From: Dehalococcoidia bacterium
GTDB taxonomy: Bacteria; Chloroflexota; Dehalococcoidia; Lucifugimonadales; G963668185
DNA: 64,000 nt
NCBI GenBank assembly: GCA_963668185.1
Contig: OY764162.1
Coordinates: 2,660,478 to 2,724,477, forward strand
Reading direction: 5' to 3'
The notes below the pieces were generated by a model. That model made no database searches. It saw only the letters and a program-made list of their open reading frames with translations, and was not told where the DNA came from. Made by a program: the position numbers and the translations under genes. Every line of letters begins with the position of its first letter. The stretch's first letter is position 1. Of the stretch, positions 45,605 to 53,581 are shown one piece after another.

Positions 45605-47251
45605 TTGGAAATCCACCAAGCACTCTTCTCTATAGGCCTCCTGATCGTCCTCGCGAAGCTCCTCGAAGGAATCTTCAAGAGGTTCGGACTCAGCTCCATC
45701 ATCGCCTACGCCGTCGCCGGAATACTGCTCGGCCCCGTCGGCGGGCTGGTCGGGCCTGGCCCCGAAGTGGAAGTCGTCCTCGGCATCGGCATCTTCATCT
45801 TCTTCTTCCTGATCGGCCTCGAAGAGCTTGACCTCCGGGGCTTCCTCGCCGCGATCCGCGGCCGCCTCTTCGTAGCCTCCATACTGTCAGTCGCTATTTC
45901 CCTGCTGGTGTCCCTCTCCGTAACTACCGACATCTTCTTCGATCTGGGCCTGGGCCTCAGCCTTACGCAGGCCCTCGGTCTCGCCGGAGTCCTGTCCCTG
46001 TCCAGCCTCGGGATCGTCGCCAACGTGCTGGTCGCCGAAGGGCGTCTGAGGGATCCCGTGGGCGTTCAGATCTTTACCGCCGTGATAATCGCCGAACTGA
46101 TCGCCCTCTCCGTCGTCGTGTTCGCCATCAGCGAGCACTTCTACTCCTCCGGCCCCGAACACACCCTGGACTGGCTCAGCGTCACCACTGTCATCGCCCA
46201 GATAATCGCGTTCACGGTCGTCACCTGGTTCGTGTCCACCAGGATTCTCCCGAAGGTCATAGTCGCCCTTCACCGCTTCATGCAGGTCCCGCAGCTCTCC
46301 TTCGGACTGCTGCTCGGCGGCCTGTTCCTCGTCGTAGCCGGGGCCGAACAAGTCGGACTGCACGGCTCCCTCGGCGCGCTGCTCTTCGGCGCCGCCCTGT
46401 CCATGCTGCCCTACCAGGTGCGGCGCGACATCATGCCCGGCATGAGAGGCGCCGCCGAGGGCTTTTTCGTCCCTCTCTTCTTCGCCTCCGCCGGCCTGCA
46501 ATTCAGCCTGGACTTCCTGGAGCTTGCGCCCCGCACCATAGTCGCGCTCACGTTGGTGCCGCTCGCCGGCAAGTTCGCCGCCTCCTTCATCAGCGCGTAC
46601 GTCACCCGCCTGAACGCGCCCCTGGCCACCGCCTCCGGCCTCATGGCCAAGGGCGTGGCCGAAATCGCGCTTCTCCTCCTCTTGCTTCAGACCGGCGCAA
46701 TCGACAAGGGAGTCTTCTCCCTGCTCATTCTCGTCATGTTCCTCTACATCCTGCTCACGCCGATGGGCATCAGCTACGCGATAAGAAGGTTGAAGCGCAC
46801 GGAGGCGTTCACTCAGGAAGACCCGATTCCGCCCTCGATGGAGCGCTTCGCGCTGGTCGACATCAAGGTCGACCACATCCTCGACCGCTCCAGGAGCCAC
46901 CCGGACCAGTCCCTGACCGTAAGGGCCTTCGCCGAGAACTGGCTGCTGCCCGAACAGCACGACTACGTCGTCGTCGATGACGGCAAGCTCGCCGGAATCG
47001 TGTCGCTCGGCATGTTGCGCTACCTGCCCCGCAGCGAGTGGGAACGCACGCCCCTGTCCAGAGTGCTCCGCAGGACCGCCCCTAACGCCTACTCCGGAGA
47101 CTACGTCGAAGACGTCCTGCAGCGCATGACCGAGAACTCCCTCACCGTACTCCCCGTACTGGACACCGACACCGACGAGTTCGCCGGCTCCATCTCAAGC
47201 CACGAAGTCCTCGAAATGATCGTAATCACATCCCAGGGCCGCGAAATCTAA
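45605..47251 (+). CDS. Cation:proton antiporter (CPA2) with C-terminal CBS domains
   Basis: GILLGP, FLIGLE, LFFASAG, GKF, KGVAE; CBS-like tail. Confidence 0.85.
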   Translation: MEIHQALFSIGLLIVLAKLLEGIFKRFGLSSIIAYAVAGILLGPVGGLVGPGPEVEVVLGIGIFIFFFLIGLEELDLRGFLAAIRGRLFVASILSVAISLLVSLSVTTDIFFDLGLGLSLTQALGLAGVLSLSSLGIVANVLVAEGRLRDPVGVQIFTAVIIAELIALSVVVFAISEHFYSSGPEHTLDWLSVTTVIAQIIAFTVVTWFVSTRILPKVIVALHRFMQVPQLSFGLLLGGLFLVVAGAEQVGLHGSLGALLFGAALSMLPYQVRRDIMPGMRGAAEGFFVPLFFASAGLQFSLDFLELAPRTIVALTLVPLAGKFAASFISAYVTRLNAPLATASGLMAKGVAEIALLLLLLQTGAIDKGVFSLLILVMFLYILLTPMGISYAIRRLKRTEAFTQEDPIPPSMERFALVDIKVDHILDRSRSHPDQSLTVRAFAENWLLPEQHDYVVVDDGKLAGIVSLGMLRYLPRSEWERTPLSRVLRRTAPNAYSGDYVEDVLQRMTENSLTVLPVLDTDTDEFAGSISSHEVLEMIVITSQGREI

Positions 47252-47263
47252 CAACGCGCCCCC

Positions 47264-47620
47264 TCACATATACAGCCTCGGCGCCGGCATCAACTCATGG
47301 TTCGTCGTATCCGCGATCAGCCCCAGCGATTGAAGCGTCGTCGCCCCAAGCAAGAACTGCCCCTCCTCCCCAAACACAACCGGACTCGGAGCCTCCACGC
47401 CATTCACCCGAATAAGAGCTGAACCAACCGGCATAGCCCTCTCCCGGCCGTCCGCAAGAGTGAAAGTCAACACCCGTGTCGGAGTCACCCCCACGCGCTC
47501 GCGCAGCAACGAGTCCGGCAACACCGTGAACGTAGCGCCCGTATCCACAAGCGCCTCCACCCACTCCGGCTCTCCGCCGTTCCCATTGCTCACCCCGACC
47601 TGCGCCTTGAAAACCCCCAT
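47264..47620 (-). CDS. Retropepsin-like (clan AA) aspartyl protease
   Basis: LVDTGA catalytic motif, LADG, LLGATTLQSLGL. Confidence 0.85.
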   Translation of the reverse strand: MGVFKAQVGVSNGNGGEPEWVEALVDTGATFTVLPDSLLRERVGVTPTRVLTFTLADGRERAMPVGSALIRVNGVEAPSPVVFGEEGQFLLGATTLQSLGLIADTTNHELMPAPRLYM

Positions 47621-47650
47621 GCTAAACGCCCATCTCCATAGATTTCACAA

Positions 47651-49072
47651 TCAGCCCGCGCTCAGTATAGACGAAAACGGCCGCGCCTCCTCGAACGCCG
47701 CCGACGCCGCGATCACTGTGCTCTCGCCCCCGAACCGGCCCACCACGTGCAGCCCGATCGGCAGCCCGTCAGAAGATAACCCGCACGGAACGCTGGCCGC
47801 CGTGTGCCCGATCATGTTGATCGGGTACGTGAACGGCGTATAGCCGCTGAACCAGTGCACCCGCTTGCCCGCAATCACCTCCGGCGGCTCGCCCACCGGG
47901 AACGCCGTCGTCGCCATCGTCGGGCTCAGCAGCACGTCGTACCGCTCGAACAGGTCCGCAAACTGCGCCTTCAGCACGTCCACGTACCCCAGCGCCCGCG
48001 CGTACTCCGTCCCCGTGACCGCCTTCCCCTGCTCGAAGAAGTCCCGCCCGTACTCCGTAAGCTCGTCCTCGCGCCCATCCACGTAGTCCGCGACTCCCGC
48101 GTACGCCGATACTTTGAACAGCGCCCAGAACGGCTCGAACGCGCCCTCCAGCGAAACGTCCGCCTCCTCCACCGAGCAGCCCATCTCCTCGAACGCCCGC
48201 GCCGCCCGCTCGCACGTCTCCGCCACCTCCGGGTCCACCGTCGCGTACCCGTAGTCCGCGCTCCAGCCGACCCGCAGCCCGCTCACGCCACGGTCAGCCG
48301 CCGCCAGGTAGTCCTCCGGCTCGTCCCGCAGCGACCCCGGGTCCTCCGCGTCGTACCCCGCCAGCGCCTGAAGGTACAGAGCCGCGTCCCGCACCGTCCG
48401 CGTCATCGGCCCCGACTGGCTGAACAGGTTCGCGACTCGCGGCAGCATCGGCGCGCCCGTCACGCGCGGCACCCGGCCCTGCGACGGCTTGATCCCGTAC
48501 ACCCCGCAGTAGCTCGACGGTATCCTGATTGAGCCCCCGCCGTCGCTCCCCGACGACACCGTGCACAGCCCCGCCGCCAGCGCCGCCCCCGCGCCCCCGC
48601 TCGACCCGCCCGGCGTCCGATCCGTGTTCCACGGGTTCCTGCCGTGGTCGCCCAGCCGGTTCATCGTGTGCCCCAGCAGCCCGAACTCCGGCGTGTTCGT
48701 CTTCCCCAGCATCACCGCGCCCGCGCTCAGCGTCCGCCGCACCACCGCCGAGTCCGCATCCGGCACCCGGTCCTCGAACAGCAGCGACCCGCTCGTCGTC
48801 CGCACCCCCGCCGTCATCTCCAGGTCCTTGATCGACACCGGCACCCCGTGCAGCGGCCCCAGCTCGTCGCCCCGCATCACCGCCGACTCCGCCTCCCGAG
48901 CCGCGTCCAGCGCCGACTCAGGCGTCACCGTAAGATACGAGTTCAGCGACCCGTCCAGCCGCTCGATCCTCTCCAGAAACACCTCCGCGACCTCCACCGG
49001 CGAAACCTCCCGCCGAGCGATCATCCCCCTAAGCTCCAAAGCCGAAACAAACGCCAACTCATCCTTAGTCAC
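47651..49072 (-). CDS. Amidase signature family enzyme
   Basis: GVPVSIKD, GKTNTPEFG, GGSSGG, GSDGGGSIRIP; GTG start at 49072. Confidence 0.92.
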   Translation of the reverse strand: MTKDELAFVSALELRGMIARREVSPVEVAEVFLERIERLDGSLNSYLTVTPESALDAAREAESAVMRGDELGPLHGVPVSIKDLEMTAGVRTTSGSLLFEDRVPDADSAVVRRTLSAGAVMLGKTNTPEFGLLGHTMNRLGDHGRNPWNTDRTPGGSSGGAGAALAAGLCTVSSGSDGGGSIRIPSSYCGVYGIKPSQGRVPRVTGAPMLPRVANLFSQSGPMTRTVRDAALYLQALAGYDAEDPGSLRDEPEDYLAAADRGVSGLRVGWSADYGYATVDPEVAETCERAARAFEEMGCSVEEADVSLEGAFEPFWALFKVSAYAGVADYVDGREDELTEYGRDFFEQGKAVTGTEYARALGYVDVLKAQFADLFERYDVLLSPTMATTAFPVGEPPEVIAGKRVHWFSGYTPFTYPINMIGHTAASVPCGLSSDGLPIGLHVVGRFGGESTVIAASAAFEEARPFSSILSAG

Positions 49073-49122
49073 ATCAATCACCTCGCCTTCCGTCAAACAA
49101 ACCGCGGCCCAATCCAAAAACC

Positions 49123-49222
49123 GTAGGGGCCGTTCGCGAACGGCCCAATCCCGCACGGCAGATTAACACCCCTCGACCCGCACTCCAGCATTGCCGTCAT
49201 ACCGGCGGGGGCCGGTATCCAG
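49123..49222. repeat. GTAG hairpin and CGTC hairpin upstream of DUF4268
   Basis: GTAGGGGCCGTTCGCGAACGGCCC (49123) and CGTCATACCGGCGGGGGCCGGTATCCAG (about 49195). Confidence 0.8.
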
Positions 49223-49308
49223 AGGGGCCGGGGGAACTCCGCCTCTGCTAAACTCCGTAGATATCCTATTGGCAGCTAGGTACGTCTGCCAACAAAGGAA
49301 AGCAAACC

Positions 49309-50265
49309 ATGACCAGTGTAGTAGAACTCGCAAACATCGAGAATGTCGATATTCGCCGTGCTTGGCCCAACGAAGCTTCGAACTTCACCCCATGGCTCGC
49401 CGAGAACCTCGACAGGCTGGGCAACGCCTTGGGCTTGGAATTGGAACTGCTGGGCCGGGAGGCAGAGGTAGGACCATTCAAGCTGGACATCCTCGCCCAG
49501 GAGACTGGCACTAATCGCAAAGTGATAGTCGAGAACCAACTTGAGATTACTGATCATAGTCATCTCGGACAGTTGCTCACATACGCCTCAGGGTACGATG
49601 CTAAGGTTATCGTATGGGTAGCTGGTCAGTTTAAGGACGAGTACCGCCAAGCCCTGGACTGGCTGAATCAGCTATCGCCAGAGGACATCGAGTTCTTCGG
49701 AGTCGTTGTCGAACTTTGGCAAATTGGAGATTCTGCGCCTGCTCCGCACTTCAAAGTCATCTCATCACCCAACGACTGGCAAAAGGACTGGCAAAAGGGC
49801 AGGATGAGCCCAACTTCTGCCCCGTCGGAACGCAACGAACGCTATCGCAGATTCTTCCAAGACCTTATCGATACCCTAAGGCAAGAACACGGATTCACGA
49901 ATGCGCGAAAGGGGCAGCCACAGAATTGGTATACCTTTTCGTCTGGCGTCAGCGGATTCAATTACTCAACTTTCTTTGCATCTGACAATATGGCTAAGGT
50001 AGGAATCTACATCGACTGTGGCCAGAAGGAGCAGAATGAGGAGTACTTCGAGCAATTGAGGGAGCAGCAGGATTCGTTGGGCACGACCTTCGACGAACCG
50101 CTGCAATGGCTCAGACTGGACAATCGACGAGCATGCAGGATCGTGGTTCAAACTCCCGGTAGCATTGACGACGACGATGAAGCTCTAAATCACATCCACG
50201 ACTGGATGATCCAGAACGTCATGAGGTTCAAAACTGTCTTCGGTCCCAAGCTAAGCGAACTCTAG
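49309..50265 (+). CDS. DUF4268-domain protein with PD-(D/E)xK-like N-terminal domain
   Basis: FTPWLAEN, LDILA...VIVENQL..TDHSHLGQLLTYA, C-terminal PQNW, GIYID, L.W.RLD; lower GC. Confidence 0.8.
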   Translation: MTSVVELANIENVDIRRAWPNEASNFTPWLAENLDRLGNALGLELELLGREAEVGPFKLDILAQETGTNRKVIVENQLEITDHSHLGQLLTYASGYDAKVIVWVAGQFKDEYRQALDWLNQLSPEDIEFFGVVVELWQIGDSAPAPHFKVISSPNDWQKDWQKGRMSPTSAPSERNERYRRFFQDLIDTLRQEHGFTNARKGQPQNWYTFSSGVSGFNYSTFFASDNMAKVGIYIDCGQKEQNEEYFEQLREQQDSLGTTFDEPLQWLRLDNRRACRIVVQTPGSIDDDDEALNHIHDWMIQNVMRFKTVFGPKLSEL

Positions 50266-50281
50266 TCACAGCCCACCACGT

Positions 50282-50465
50282 GCAGGGGGCGCTTCGCGAA
50301 GCCCCCGCCCTCTCCAGAACCCCGTCATTCCGGCATTCACGCGCCAGCGTGAACCGGGGCCAGCCGGAATCCAGCAGGGCGGGCGGGGCCACCGCCCTTC
50401 CTCCTGTCATTCCGATCGAGCGAAGCAGCCCTCTGTCGTTCCGAGTCCCCCGAGGAACCTACAGC
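50282..50465. repeat. Composite repeat cluster with branched CGTC hairpin
   Basis: GCAG/GTAG-type hairpin, branched hairpin 50323-50374, CTGTCATTCCGATCGAG and GAGTCCCCCGAGG pieces. Confidence 0.8.
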
Positions 50466-50560
50466 CTCACGCCCTCCACAAACGCCCGCCCCCATCAACC
50501 AACCGCCCGTCCGCTCCCCACTCGCCACTATTCACTATCCACCATCCACTCCCCCTCCCC

Positions 50561-50589
50561 TTGACACACTGGTACGCGCCCGCTATCCT
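50561..50589 (+). promoter_or_regulatory. Sigma70-type promoter, probably leaderless transcript
   Basis: TTGACA, 17-bp spacer, TATCCT; ATG 7 nt after the -10 at 50597. Confidence 0.7.
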
Positions 50590-50596
50590 AGAACCC

Positions 50597-51850
50597 ATGG
50601 ATACCGGAGCGCACACCATATCACCAATACAACGCATCGTCCGAGAAGAAACCGACGACGGCAGACTCATCGTCCGTTTCCTAGTCGCCGCCATGCAGGA
50701 CCAGATCCGCGGCGCCAAGCCCTACCACAGGCTAGACGCCGCGCGCCAACTCATCAAACTCGGCTTCGAAGAAGCCAAAGAGTTCGCCTCCATCAAACCC
50801 CTTCCCCAGTCTGGCGGAGCCTGCCCCGAGTCCCTCGAGGGGGAAGGACGGGATGGGGCTCCCACAGACACCCTCGACACCACCGGCCTAAACCCCGACC
50901 TCGCACGCTTCATACGAGCCGAGACCGACGGAGGACGTCAAGCCATACGATTCCTCATAGACGTCATGCTAGGCTTCATGCCCGGCTTCGGCCCCCACCA
51001 CCGCATAGACGCCGCCAAAGAACTGCTGCGCCGAGGCTTCGACGACGCACCCGGCCCCCTAGACCACGACACCTACGCCGACGCAGAACTAAACCCCCTT
51101 CCCCAGTCTGCTGGAGCCTCCCTCAAACCCCTTCCCCAGTCCGCTGGAGCCTCCCTCAAACCCCTTCCCCAGTCTGCTGGGGAAGGCCGGGATGGGGTTC
51201 CCGACATCCTAGCCGGCTACGAACCCCCGTACTCCAACACATACGGCCACAGCGGAGACACCGGCTTCGACAATCGAGCCGTCTCCAAAGCGACAGACGC
51301 CCTGCTGGACGCCGTCGGCAGGCGCCCGACGCCCCCGGACCCCAGAGTCGTTTACCCCTCCAAACGCGGCAGCATCATCATACACAACGGAGAGGAGCAC
51401 TACTTCAGCGAACACGCCCGGCCGGCCGTCGAAAGGTCCATAGCGGCCGGCGAAATCATAGACGCGGTCAAGCGCATCCGCGAATCATGCCGCGGCCCCA
51501 TCCGCATCGCGTGCCGCCACGGCACAGCATCCTGCGACTGCGAATCCGACCCCTGGGCCGAACACCCCAACGACCCGCACGCCCCCGGCGCCGAACCCCC
51601 CGACGGCTCACCCGACCCGTCTGACCCCTTCCCCAGTCTGCTGGGGAAGGCCGGGATGGGGTCCTCCGACAACCCCTCCGTCATTCCCGCGAAGGCGGGA
51701 ATCCATCCGCCCGAACCCGCCGAAGTCGAACCCGACCCGTCTGACCCCTTCCCCAGTCTGCTGGGGAAGGCCGGGATGGGGTCGGCCGGCGCGTCTCACA
51801 CCGAACCCGCCGATGACCCACCCGCCACCCCGGCAGAAAACCCGCCCTGA
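50597..51850 (+). CDS. Hypothetical protein with duplicated helical domain and in-frame repeat insertions
   Basis: Two copies of RxETDxGRxxxRFL...HRxDAAxxLxxxGF; repeat-derived peptides KPLPQSAG, PFPSLLGKAGMG, ACPESLEG, VIPAKAGIH. Confidence 0.65.
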   Translation: MDTGAHTISPIQRIVREETDDGRLIVRFLVAAMQDQIRGAKPYHRLDAARQLIKLGFEEAKEFASIKPLPQSGGACPESLEGEGRDGAPTDTLDTTGLNPDLARFIRAETDGGRQAIRFLIDVMLGFMPGFGPHHRIDAAKELLRRGFDDAPGPLDHDTYADAELNPLPQSAGASLKPLPQSAGASLKPLPQSAGEGRDGVPDILAGYEPPYSNTYGHSGDTGFDNRAVSKATDALLDAVGRRPTPPDPRVVYPSKRGSIIIHNGEEHYFSEHARPAVERSIAAGEIIDAVKRIRESCRGPIRIACRHGTASCDCESDPWAEHPNDPHAPGAEPPDGSPDPSDPFPSLLGKAGMGSSDNPSVIPAKAGIHPPEPAEVEPDPSDPFPSLLGKAGMGSAGASHTEPADDPPATPAENPP

Positions 51851-51861
51851 TGCCCTCAGGT

Positions 51862-51940
51862 GTAGAGGCGCTTCGCGCCGCGCCATCTGTCATTCCCGCA
51901 TTCCTGCGACAGCAGGAACCCGGGGCTGGCGGGAATCCAG
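51862..51940. repeat. GTAG hairpin plus branched CGTC hairpin
   Basis: Homologous to 50282-50374 with compensatory stem changes. Confidence 0.8.
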
Positions 51941-52044
51941 TTGAGCGGGGAGTCACGCCTTCCAACCGCCGCAACGGCGGAGGAGTGTTACACAGGGGGC
52001 GGCCTGTGTAACATCGTGGGTGGGCGCGTTATAGACTGCCGGCC

Positions 52045-52422
52045 TCAGTTCGTGATGTACGTGTGCGTGATGACTTCCCAGACGTGGCCGTCTGCGCACT
52101 CGAAGTAGAAGCCGCGCCCGTTGTGCTCGTAGTTGATCTTGCCGTCCGTTCGAGAGCGCGGTCCGCTCCCGTAAACGACTCCCTCGTCCTTGATGCGCTG
52201 CAGGACCTCGTCGAACTCCTCGTCAGAGGCCAGGAAGCAGTAGTGGTTGGACTGCGGGTTGTCCGAGTTGTCGAAGTCCAGCGTCAGCATGTCGTTGACC
52301 TTGACCGGCGCGAAGTGCCCCCACGGCCCTTCGTACGTGAGCCCGAACAGCTTGGCGATGAACTTAGCGGACTTCTCCTTGTCGTAGGCCGGAACGATCG
52401 TGTGGTCTAGCTGCAATGCCAT
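52045..52422 (-). CDS. VOC/glyoxalase family protein
   Basis: LDHTIV...DKEKSAKF, HYCF, GRGFYF...GHVWEVIT. Confidence 0.88.
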   Translation of the reverse strand: MALQLDHTIVPAYDKEKSAKFIAKLFGLTYEGPWGHFAPVKVNDMLTLDFDNSDNPQSNHYCFLASDEEFDEVLQRIKDEGVVYGSGPRSRTDGKINYEHNGRGFYFECADGHVWEVITHTYITN

Positions 52423-52488
52423 GCGGCGCCTCCTGGGTGTACCGTTTCGTTAGTGGTAAGCTTGCTGAAACCGTTCGTGAGGAGCAAA

Positions 52489-52626
52489 ATGCGCAAATTG
52501 GTCCCCACTTTGCTGATTCTCCCGCCGCTCATTGGCATTTTTGCGGTTACGATCTGGTTCTCAATGAAGAACTTGGAATGGGCATTCAGGTTGGTCACGG
52601 GCATTATTTTCAGCATGTGGGAATAG
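52489..52626 (+). CDS. 45-aa hydrophobic small protein (not in the ORF track)
   Basis: MRKLVPTLLILPPLIGIFAVTIWFSMKNLEWAFRLVTGIIFSMWE; GAGGAG RBS 4 nt upstream. Confidence 0.45.
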   Translation: MRKLVPTLLILPPLIGIFAVTIWFSMKNLEWAFRLVTGIIFSMWE

Positions 52627-52628
52627 CT

Positions 52629-53261
52629 CTAGAACCCTTGAATATCCACTCCGATGGACACCATGTACATGGCGACCATGATAGCGACAATAAGGCCTGC
52701 TACAAGCCACGAGTACGCGATGATAAAGGGGACCAAGTAGCCGTAGTTCAGTGCGTCTGGGATAGTTGTATCGTCAATTGACGAATTCCGGAAATGCACT
52801 TCGTCGTACCTGTCCGATCGGTACATTCGATAAAGCCATCTGGCTGATATGAACATCGTGACTCCGCAAGCCAAAGTTAAGGCTCCGAGCAACACAGTTG
52901 CGAAGATTGCAGAGCCAATGCTTGCATCAGGAGCGACGTATCCGGTCTCAGTGCCAAGTGTGTACTCCCAAATCCACATGCTCTCCAAAGCAAATCCCGC
53001 AGCTGCTCCGATGCAGATTGCGTAGGCGAAGAAGTAGATGACCACCATGGCAGCGGAAGGGAGGCAGCGCCCGAAGATTCGAGCAACCACGTAAGGCCAA
53101 GGGAAGATGAACGCGCCAAAAGCCATGCCAGCCACAGCGAACTGCAAGACTTCTCGTTTCCTGACGAACGCAAATGTCGTGCAGAGTAGGCAAGAGACTA
53201 TTGCTGTCACTGCCCCTGCGGTGGCCAGCAGAGCTAGGGCAAATATGGTCATTATGCCCAT
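52629..53261 (-). CDS. Hypothetical polytopic membrane protein (about 5-6 TM)
   Basis: Multiple hydrophobic segments; lower GC. Confidence 0.65.
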   Translation of the reverse strand: MGIMTIFALALLATAGAVTAIVSCLLCTTFAFVRKREVLQFAVAGMAFGAFIFPWPYVVARIFGRCLPSAAMVVIYFFAYAICIGAAAGFALESMWIWEYTLGTETGYVAPDASIGSAIFATVLLGALTLACGVTMFISARWLYRMYRSDRYDEVHFRNSSIDDTTIPDALNYGYLVPFIIAYSWLVAGLIVAIMVAMYMVSIGVDIQGF

Positions 53262-53280
53262 GCGCTACGCTCCACGAGGC

Positions 53281-53517
53281 TTAAGGTGTAATGGGAGAGA
53301 CGATATCGCCGTGAATCTGGATGATGTCCCGGTAGCGTCCGAATGGGGTGCTTGGCTTCTTACTGTAAGGCGCCAACTTGGAGACAGGCCGGCCGTGCTT
53401 GGTGATCACGATCTCTTCGCCGGTCTCCGCCACCTCGTCCATAAGCTTCAGGCACCTTGCCTTGAACTCGGATGCCTTGATCGTCCGGGAACTTGTGATA
53501 CTGCTGTCTTTGGGCAT
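53281..53517 (-). CDS. Phd/YefM family antitoxin
   Basis: IKASEFKARCLKLMDEVAETGEEIVITKHGRPVSKL. Confidence 0.85.
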   Translation of the reverse strand: MPKDSSITSSRTIKASEFKARCLKLMDEVAETGEEIVITKHGRPVSKLAPYSKKPSTPFGRYRDIIQIHGDIVSPITP

Positions 53518-53581
53518 CGTTCACCGCCCTCTGTGGTGTGAACGCAATCTTAGCATGGCGATGGACGCCACCCCTCAGCCG

